DNA of 63,689 nt, counting the filler. It is 7 parts of 7 records of this genome, joined end to end, with 100 filler letters (N's around TTAATTAATTAA, not from the genome) between each part and the next. Parts side by side here need not be neighbours in the genome. Positions count along the whole stretch, not along the records: positions 11,281 to 21,469 come from SRR31147125_15484; 6 more parts are not named here. One strand, 5' to 3'. A program made the translations under genes and the position numbers. This document shows, in pieces, positions 11,874 through 18,759 of the stretch; position 1 is the first letter of the stretch; each line of letters begins with the position of its first letter. The notes beneath the pieces are model-generated. The model was given only the letters and a program-made list of their open reading frames with translations. It had not been told where the DNA came from and did no database searches.

Positions 11874-13229
11874 ATGGAAAACAACAATAATAGTGTAAGC
11901 CCGCATATTTTAAAGATTGAACGTTGGGATGTAGACTTACCTACAGGTGATTGGAGTGGACCAGATCCACTACCTCTTTATCCAAGTCTTGATAAAGCCA
12001 AAGGCACTGAAGAAGCATCGCGAGCGTTTAGAGAAATACATATCCAATTTTATCCGACCAAAGAACAAAATCAGAAGATCTTGAAATGGGTGAGTGATAA
12101 AATCCCTGAGGATGTTAAGTGGCTATTTCATGGGCTAGAAGTAAATTATATTCAATTCCAAAAGCTTTTTCTTGCACTCCCATCAGTCCATCTTAAAAGC
12201 GAAGCAGAAAATAGTGACTTAAAATCTCAGCATCCTGAGGTTTACGAAGATGATTGGGATGCACGCCTGGATGTTTATCGCTCAGATTTTCTTCAATATC
12301 TAGAAGAAATCCACTGCTCGTTTCAATTTGTTACAGAAAATGAGGCGGAAGACAATGGAATGCTAGAAATAATGGGTTATAAGCGGCCAAGCTTTCTTCT
12401 CTCCTACGACACCTATCCAGGTAATAACAATCCCCCTAACAAGCTTTGGAAATACCTAACTACTTCAAAGTTTCTAGATATGCTTCGGAATCGATCTATC
12501 TGGTTTTCCCGCCCACAATATTTTGATGATCCACATGAGTTTACGGTGGATATACCATCTCAGCGTAGCCTGTTTCAATGGAAATTGGACTCGTTTGCTC
12601 GTTCATACAATCGCGCTGTCGTCAGTAAGCAAACATCTTACACATCTGCATCGATACCACTAGTAGCAGGGCTTGATCTAGATGAGTTAGGAAAAATTAA
12701 TAACTGCCCTATATGCCTATCTCAATTATCTGAGACACTACTTGCTTCTATCAAAAAGAATATTAGAACTTGGCAAGAGTCATTTTTTATATCGTGCTGG
12801 CGCTATAGCCCCTATGACTCTGTTGCTATTTGGAATCAATATGCATCGCTGGAAGAGGGCGTAGCTATAGTTGCTGATCTGGATTGTCTTCGCGAATCTT
12901 TTGAAAAATTTGGTGATATTAGAATGGCAATAGTCGAATACCGCGACTTTGCTGATGAGTCGATTGCACCAATGACAAGGAACCCACTTACATATAAAGA
13001 TGTTCGATTTTCATCGGAAGAGGAAGCAAGATTTTACTTTCGAGCCAGGCTAGGAAGTGAAAAAGGCTTAGCAGTACGGTTTGAACTAGCTGATGTGATA
13101 AAAGAAATTCATTTACCCCCAAGCTGTAATGATTCTTGCAAAAAATTGGTTAAAAAGTTGCTAGAAGAATATGGCTTTGATATTACAATTTTAGAATCTT
13201 CGCTAAGTAGAGTCCCTAGTAAATTTTGA
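11874..13229 (+). CDS. DUF2971-domain protein with ~185-aa unknown N-terminal extension; probable gene cassette
   Basis: LWKY..., FDDPHEF, FISCW...SVAIWNQYA...GVAI, VEY, K...FSSEEEAR motifs. Confidence 0.75.
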   Translation: MENNNNSVSPHILKIERWDVDLPTGDWSGPDPLPLYPSLDKAKGTEEASRAFREIHIQFYPTKEQNQKILKWVSDKIPEDVKWLFHGLEVNYIQFQKLFLALPSVHLKSEAENSDLKSQHPEVYEDDWDARLDVYRSDFLQYLEEIHCSFQFVTENEAEDNGMLEIMGYKRPSFLLSYDTYPGNNNPPNKLWKYLTTSKFLDMLRNRSIWFSRPQYFDDPHEFTVDIPSQRSLFQWKLDSFARSYNRAVVSKQTSYTSASIPLVAGLDLDELGKINNCPICLSQLSETLLASIKKNIRTWQESFFISCWRYSPYDSVAIWNQYASLEEGVAIVADLDCLRESFEKFGDIRMAIVEYRDFADESIAPMTRNPLTYKDVRFSSEEEARFYFRARLGSEKGLAVRFELADVIKEIHLPPSCNDSCKKLVKKLLEEYGFDITILESSLSRVPSKF

Positions 13230-13272
13230 ATAGGACTAATAATTTACTAAATATGATAATTCTCAAAATTGC

Positions 13273-13333
13273 GTCTAAAAATGCGCTCGTTCGGACGCAC
13301 TTTACATCGCGTCATAACTCTTAAACGTTGAGA
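13273..13333 (+). mobile_element. Degenerate attC site
   Basis: GTCTAAA (R'' with AAC>AAA), ATGCGCTC..CGGACGC..GCGTC core, AAC-GTTGAGA (R'). CGTCTAA at 13272 is a 1-mismatch complement of TTAGGCG at 11846, upstream of the DUF2971 gene. Confidence 0.5.
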
Positions 13334-13520
13334 CTGTCAACTTAAACATCTCTAGTTTCTTCATTACCAAAAACAGAACCTTCTTCCTGTATCTCTCCAG
13401 AATTGTCCTGTCATCGGCAATCACTGGGGTATGCTTGTCAGTCACAAATCGGAAAAATAATTTATGCCCCCAGAATTCACAGATTTAATTCATTGACTCA
13501 TGGTCGTAGTACATAGGAAA

Positions 13521-13640
13521 GGGGAGGTAATCGGCTGATAATACCTCCCCCCCGGTCGACTTGGTCAGATCTAAATTAACTACACTAGCCTCCAGCAGAG
13601 TGTATGGACATTTAAGTCCATCAATCCCTAGCTAGGAGGA
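13521..13640 (+). promoter_or_regulatory. Structured leader (three hairpins plus a palindrome overlapping the RBS) upstream of the 75-aa ORF
   Basis: GGGGAGGTA/TACCTCCCC (13521-29/13542-50), TACACT/AGTGTA (13581-86/13599-604), ATGGAC/GTCCAT (13604-09/13616-21), CCTAGCTAGG running into AGGAGG. Confidence 0.55.
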
Positions 13641-13647
13641 TATCTGT

Positions 13648-13875
13648 ATGTGGAAAGCAATCAGTAAACTGTGGCTCACTGCCTCGCTAATGATCGATAC
13701 GGTAGATTCAGCAACACGAACAGTGAATAACGTTGTAACTATCGCAGAGGCTCACAGTGAGAACTTCAAAGCGGTGAGCATGGCAGAACTTTCCGCCAAG
13801 CAAGCCACGGCTGAAGCTAGAGCGTCCGCAACTATTGCATCACTTGACGAAGTCAGATCCTTGGCGGCAAATTAG
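13648..13875 (+). CDS. Small 75-aa Ala-rich helical protein, phage early-gene-like
   Basis: Strong AGGAGG RBS with correct spacing, followed by a terminator; amphipathic N-terminus MWKAISKLWLTA. Confidence 0.7.
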   Translation: MWKAISKLWLTASLMIDTVDSATRTVNNVVTIAEAHSENFKAVSMAELSAKQATAEARASATIASLDEVRSLAAN

Positions 13876-13885
13876 AAGAATCTGT

Positions 13886-13914
13886 GGGACCGTTTAGGCG
13901 GTCCCTTGTGTTTT
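13886..13914 (+). terminator. Intrinsic terminator
   Basis: GGGACCG-TTTAGG-CGGTCCC followed by TTGTGTTTT, 10 nt after the stop codon. Confidence 0.7.
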
Positions 13915-14321
13915 CGAGAACACATTCACAGTAAGCTAGTCATAGCTATGAATAGATTGGGGTGAGGCCGTTTATGCAAAGAATTGAACCTTCTGATATG
14001 AGCACAATATCTCCCCAATATTCCAGTTTACCGCGAGGCAGTTAGGCCAGTTTGGTTTGTCATATACTGCGGTTGTATAACTGGCGTAAATCATCAAAAA
14101 GCAGTGTCAGGTTTAATCTCTAGTGATTGTTGGTAGAATCTAATCCTGCTATTCATATACCACATTTATCTCGTAATTATAAAGAGGTAGCAAGAATTTT
14201 TGATTGCCAAAAGAGGCTTGTTAATGCTACATTGGTTGTCAGGATCGAGCGTGAGATCAATGAAACATCCCAGAAAAGCTGCAGCGATAGATTAAAAGTT
14301 ATCTCCTAAGGAGGAACTCAA

Positions 14322-14912
14322 ATGCCCACAAAATTATCTTTGACAACGTTTGTTGATATAGTTTCCGCATCTGGCACCTCTAAGGCCACAAAAACTAGAA
14401 AGGCATTGAATGGAGAAGAGTACCACCCTGCAAAAGATTACTACAAACCGATTCGAGAAAGGATAATTCAATTACATGAAGGAAATGAGGAAAGGAGCTA
14501 TCTGACTGGCTACCTTCCAAAGGTATCAGACAAAAAGAAAATTAATAATTACTATACAATTATAGAAAGTTACAGCAAATGGTTGGGTAAAAAGAAAACT
14601 AAGTGGTTTACACCACCTCATGGTGAATATGGGACTAGTACTGTATTAATTAGGGTAAATCCGGAGTTAGGCCTAAAATTTAATGGCAAGAAACACATAG
14701 TTAAATTGTATTTCAAATCCGAACCATTGTCGAAAAACAAGGCAGACATAATTATGGGGTTAATGAACTCATCCCTAAAGAATGATTCCATAATGTCTGT
14801 TTTGGATATTAGGCAACGTAAATTATTTATACCTACGATTGAAATACCAATGTTAAAAGAAACTGTAAATGCCGAATTAGCATATATATCTGCATTTTCA
14901 ATGATAAAATAA
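14322..14912 (+). CDS. Conserved-looking basic hypothetical protein (196 aa), integron gene cassette
   Basis: AGGAGG RBS; flanked by exactly complementary cores GTTATCTC (14298-305) and GAGATAAC (14922-29); VNPELGL...IVKLYFK may be a degenerate PD-(D/E)XK core. Confidence 0.75.
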   Translation: MPTKLSLTTFVDIVSASGTSKATKTRKALNGEEYHPAKDYYKPIRERIIQLHEGNEERSYLTGYLPKVSDKKKINNYYTIIESYSKWLGKKKTKWFTPPHGEYGTSTVLIRVNPELGLKFNGKKHIVKLYFKSEPLSKNKADIIMGLMNSSLKNDSIMSVLDIRQRKLFIPTIEIPMLKETVNAELAYISAFSMIK

Positions 14913-14922
14913 ACCAAATCTG

Positions 14923-14986
14923 AGATAACCAGCTAATAAACACGGGCCCACAAACAGCGCACGGGCCGGTTATCACAACGTTATAG
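14923..14986 (+). mobile_element. attC recombination site (64 bp)
   Basis: R'' AGATAAC, L'' TAATAAAC, inner arms CGGGCCC/GGGCCG, L' GTTATCA, R' GTTATAG; lies between two tightly packed co-oriented ORFs. Confidence 0.8.
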
Positions 14987-14995
14987 AAAGGAAAA

Positions 14996-16159
14996 ATGAC
15001 ATCTCTTTCAACCAGATCACATCATGTGTTTGTTGACGAGTCAGGAGATCCTAGTCTTGATTTGGAGAAAAAAGGTGTCAGTAAATTCTATGTTGTTACA
15101 GCAATATTATTGCCATCAGATAATGTTGATATTGCAACATCAGAGGCTGGTTCGATCATTAAACAATACTGCCAATCTGGAGAATTAAAGTCTAACAAAA
15201 TCGAAAATATCAAAAGACGAGAGAAAATCATTGATGATCTTGTATCAAAAATAGATTTCAAGCTTTACTCTCTGGTTATTGATAAATCAGCTATTTATAA
15301 AGATAGTGGTTTGCAGTACAAAAAGTCATTTATCAAATTCTTAAATGGTAAGTTATACAATCCATTATACAAATCATTTCATGAGCTCCATGTTAAAGTA
15401 GATGAGCATGGCCACTCTGAGTTTATGAAAAGTTTTGAAAAGTATGTATTGAAAAAACATACTCCACGTCTTTTTGAGCAATCATCCTTCCAACATGTAA
15501 AAAGCAGAGAAACACCATTGGTTCAGCTTGCAGATCTTTTTGCTGGGACAATATTTCGCTGCTACGCTGGAAAAGATGATTTTAAAATTTTAAAGCTTTT
15601 CCAACTCCAGACCTTGATAATCGAACAGTGGCCCCCATCAATTAAACACATATCTAGATATGAAGAATCTAGAAAAGTTGAAAATTTTGATTTGGTAGCA
15701 AGAGAGCAAGGATTAAACCTCACAAAAATATTCATTCAAGAAAATGAAAGAGAAACAGAAGAAGATATAAAACTACAAGTTGCCACTCTAAATTTTCTTC
15801 TATACCAATATACAGTAATTAATCCTGAGAAGTATGTTTCTACTAATGAGATTATATCTTATCTACATAAAATATCTGATACCGATGATCTAATAGGGGA
15901 ACATAAGTTTCGAACAAAAATAATTGCAAAAATTAGAGATGCGGGTGTTATAATAGCATCTAGTGATAAAGGCTATAAAATACCATATCTTGCCAAAGAT
16001 ATTAGTGATTATGTAAATAAAGTAAGTGGTTTGGTTGTCCCATCCCTTGGCAGACTAGAAATAGCCAGAAATCATATTCTATTATCAAGCAAAGGTGAGT
16101 TTGAAATCGTTAGCAAAGAGCACTTCCCTGAACTTCATGAATTAATTATAGGAAAATAA
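14996..16159 (+). CDS. DUF3800 (RNase H-like) protein with C-terminal winged-helix-like domain, integron gene cassette
   Basis: VFVDESGD and QLADLFAG motifs; C-terminal IIAKIRDAGVIIASSDKGYKIP wing; flanked by GTTATAG (14980) and CTATAAC (16164). Confidence 0.8.
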   Translation: MTSLSTRSHHVFVDESGDPSLDLEKKGVSKFYVVTAILLPSDNVDIATSEAGSIIKQYCQSGELKSNKIENIKRREKIIDDLVSKIDFKLYSLVIDKSAIYKDSGLQYKKSFIKFLNGKLYNPLYKSFHELHVKVDEHGHSEFMKSFEKYVLKKHTPRLFEQSSFQHVKSRETPLVQLADLFAGTIFRCYAGKDDFKILKLFQLQTLIIEQWPPSIKHISRYEESRKVENFDLVAREQGLNLTKIFIQENERETEEDIKLQVATLNFLLYQYTVINPEKYVSTNEIISYLHKISDTDDLIGEHKFRTKIIAKIRDAGVIIASSDKGYKIPYLAKDISDYVNKVSGLVVPSLGRLEIARNHILLSSKGEFEIVSKEHFPELHELIIGK

Positions 16160-16163
16160 ATAC

Positions 16164-16222
16164 CTATAACCAAACGCTCCACTCGGACTCGCTGATGCTC
16201 GCCAGTAAATTTGACGTAGCTT
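16164..16222 (+). mobile_element. attC site, degenerate R' end
   Basis: CTATAAC-CAAACGCTCCACTCGGAC...GCCAGTAAATTTGAC-GTAGCT. R'' exactly complements the cassette start; the R' GTT is damaged. Confidence 0.65.
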
Positions 16223-16247
16223 ACAGTCATATTTAGTATGATAGCAT

Positions 16248-17240
16248 ATGTCTAGCATAGGAATTAAGTATAGGTATGCTCTTGACGACAGAGGTCAATT
16301 AGTGGACATAGCTTGCCTTAGTGAATCTGACCGCAAGGATTACATATGTGCTGGCTGTGGAAATATTCTTCGTCCAGTCCTCCCTAGATCTTGCAGACAA
16401 AAACATTTTAGACATAAATGTGATCATAATTGTTCAGTTGAAACCTACTTGCACCGCTTGGGTAAAATATTATTTGAGGATAACTATAAGAGATGTTTGC
16501 AGGAAGGAATACCCTATGAAATAGAATATCAGGTTCCAATTCTGTGCGATGCATGTGATAGCGGCCCTTGCGAAACAGACGCAGTTATCAAGAGCTACGA
16601 CCTGACTAAACAATTTAAAACTGTGTTGGTTGAAAAGAGAGATGGGGAATTTATACCTGATGTTCTCATCATAACTTCTAGTTCTGAAAAGATATATATT
16701 GAAATTGCAGTTACACATATGTGCACATCAGAAAAAGTGAATTCTGGTGAGAGGATAATTGAGTTTTATGTCAATGATGAAGATGGATTAGAAGTATTTT
16801 CCCGAAGCTCTCTTACTTTAGATGATCATAGTGTTGATTTTTACAACTATAAACCAACGCCTATTATGCAGTCCAATAGCAATGAATGTAAGCGCCTTGT
16901 GCATTATTTTATTGTTTTTCCTAGTGGTAAGTGCCGCATTGCTACTTGTTCATTGTATGAATTTAATAATTTAAAGAAAAAAATAGGATTTTATTTCAAT
17001 AAAGTTCCACATGCTTCTTCATACTATTTTGCTAATGAAGTAGAGCGAGCGTATAAACATGGAATAAAGATTAGAAACTGCTATTTATGCCGATATCATG
17101 CGGAAGCAAATTGGTATCAAAGTGAGGACGGGACTTGTTCCATATTCTGTAAGACTTATCGAAAATCGACAATATCAACTCGGGCTTGTGATTGTGATAG
17201 GTATAGGGTTGACCCCAAAGTATTCCCATCAGTCAGTTGA
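16248..17240 (+). CDS. CoiA-like PD-(D/E)XK nuclease with N- and C-terminal Zn-binding clusters
   Basis: YICAGCG...HFRH...CSVETYLH; FIPDVLI...IYIEIAVTH; C-terminal NCYLCRYH...C..C...C. Confidence 0.7.
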   Translation: MSSIGIKYRYALDDRGQLVDIACLSESDRKDYICAGCGNILRPVLPRSCRQKHFRHKCDHNCSVETYLHRLGKILFEDNYKRCLQEGIPYEIEYQVPILCDACDSGPCETDAVIKSYDLTKQFKTVLVEKRDGEFIPDVLIITSSSEKIYIEIAVTHMCTSEKVNSGERIIEFYVNDEDGLEVFSRSSLTLDDHSVDFYNYKPTPIMQSNSNECKRLVHYFIVFPSGKCRIATCSLYEFNNLKKKIGFYFNKVPHASSYYFANEVERAYKHGIKIRNCYLCRYHAEANWYQSEDGTCSIFCKTYRKSTISTRACDCDRYRVDPKVFPSVS

Positions 17241-17260
17241 ACTACCAGATTATTTACACA

Positions 17261-17851
17261 TTAGCTATAATGGCGTTCCTTTGATGTTGCCCAGGAACGT
17301 GTGCTAGCCTGCTCTAACTCGGCAGATAGCCAGTCGAATGTAGTTTGGTGCATTCCCTTGGGCTTTTTCCATATGGGCCATGATAGGTTGTTGCTGTCCC
17401 CTAGGCGCTCGCGGATTTTGCGCGTCTTTCTCATCATCCTATATTCTTCGTTTTCCTGCTGGCTGGCATATGTTAAACTGTGGCAGTGTCTGCAATAGAA
17501 CCCTGGTGTGACATAATACAGGACAGCTACACGTCGGCCACAGTGACCACACTGGAACCATTTCCTTGATCCTCCGTAGTTACAACCGGTAGTCTCGAAC
17601 TTGATGATCTGTTTTGTTGGTTTATGTACTCTGTCTTCTGATACCTGGTTGTACTGCAGAACAAGCATGTCCTCTCGTATATGAAACTCAACTGTTCCCA
17701 GTCTGGTTTCACCTATTGACCAGGTGAAGGTCCCATTGAGGTTAGAATTCAGATACCCGTATTTTTTTAGCTCGCGGATATCTATGGAGGGAACTCTTTC
17801 AGTTGCCTTCTTTGTCTTTTTGCCAGCAGATGCATTTAATCCAACACCCAT
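17261..17851 (-). CDS. Zn-finger hypothetical protein of the kind found in integrative elements/phage satellites
   Basis: GCNYGGSRKWFQCGHCGRRVAVLY...CRHCHSLTYASQ...RLG...KPKGMH signature. Confidence 0.7.
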   Translation of the reverse strand: MGVGLNASAGKKTKKATERVPSIDIRELKKYGYLNSNLNGTFTWSIGETRLGTVEFHIREDMLVLQYNQVSEDRVHKPTKQIIKFETTGCNYGGSRKWFQCGHCGRRVAVLYYVTPGFYCRHCHSLTYASQQENEEYRMMRKTRKIRERLGDSNNLSWPIWKKPKGMHQTTFDWLSAELEQASTRSWATSKERHYS

Positions 17852-18000
17852 TACTCATAACCTCTAGTATTAAATCGAAATCAAAAGGAAAATTTGAGCC
17901 TATAGCTCATCTAATTAACCGATTTAAATTATACCATGGACCTGAAACGGATGTTTGAGAATATCCGCTCCAGCATACCCAGCAGCTCCGACGAGCATAA

Positions 18001-18290
18001 TGTGAGGCCCATTCTCGCATCTGGTTATGCTTCCGCTACCAACAGGCTAGAATCGTGATCTTGCAGAATGATTGTTTAAAGGCTAAGAGCCGAGAACCAA
18101 AACCGATATGCGGCCGATATGTTAATCGTAGATGAAGGTGTTTGTTTCAAACCAGTTGGGTGAAATCTCATTAGTGCATTATATGTTGGAGCATATACCG
18201 ATCAATTTTTCCGTGCGACATTGTGGTATTTTCATTACGAAGACTTGTGAGATGTCCATTCTCGCAGCTGACTTTTCCTTCCGCTACCAA
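18001..18290 (+). repeat. Imperfect ~45-bp direct repeat (18001-18042 and 18246-18290), each copy ending in CTTCCGCTACCAA
   Basis: TGTGAG..CCATTCTCGCA.CTG....CTTCCGCTACCAA aligned by eye in both copies. Confidence 0.75.
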
Positions 18291-18594
18291 ATGGGTAGAT
18301 TAGTTAATAGCAACGAGGAAAAATTACAGTACTTATTACAGTATAAATCCTATGTGCCCGAAGTTAAGTGCTATAATATTAGACTCATAAGGTTGTAATG
18401 TGGTGGACGCCTCGCCCACCAGTTATTTCAGCAACTTACAAACTTTTCGATAATACTGATCGGAAGCCTTTTCGCTGGTATTACGCTATCTTGTTTTGAA
18501 ATGAGAGAATGCGGAGGTCGGAATCGAATTTAATATGATTAGTATTTTATTTTCAGATAGATAGCAAGCAGTACCTAGCGTGGATATTCTCAAT

Positions 18595-18725
18595 TAGTCA
18601 CATTTGTAGTCACATTCCTCAAAGCTTGCTGGACATACTTGCGACGGAAGGCAGCGTTTAAGGTCGGCCGTGCTGGTTCAAATCCAGTTGAGCCACCTCT
18701 TTCTTAAGATTGAGCCAGGTGACTA
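18595..18725 (+). mobile_element. att-like site: tRNA 3'-half remnant flanked by arm-type repeats
   Basis: T-arm GCTGG-TTCAAAT-CCAGT then TGAGCCACC (18672-97); TAGTCACATT twice (18595, 18607) and inverted GTGACTA (18719-25). Confidence 0.5.
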
Positions 18726-18759
18726 GTTGGTAAGGAAGCTTGGATACCATAATCTAATC

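Noticed and set aside
13310-13513. Minus-strand ~70-codon frame with one internal stop next to the phage-like module
   Set aside because: No recognisable homology; cannot be distinguished from chance
14041-14047. GTTAGGC perfect core site
   Set aside because: No upstream attC palindrome and no ORF or complementary R'' following
14923-14986. DUF3800-associated ncRNA motif
   Set aside because: Better explained as attC because of the R/L box geometry and exact core complementarity across the cassettes
18001-18290. CRISPR array
   Set aside because: Only two imperfect copies ~245 bp apart and no cas genes; no CRISPR array seen anywhere in the window
18630-18700. Complete tRNA gene
   Set aside because: Only the T-arm and 3' acceptor strand are present; no matching 5' strand, D-arm or anticodon arm
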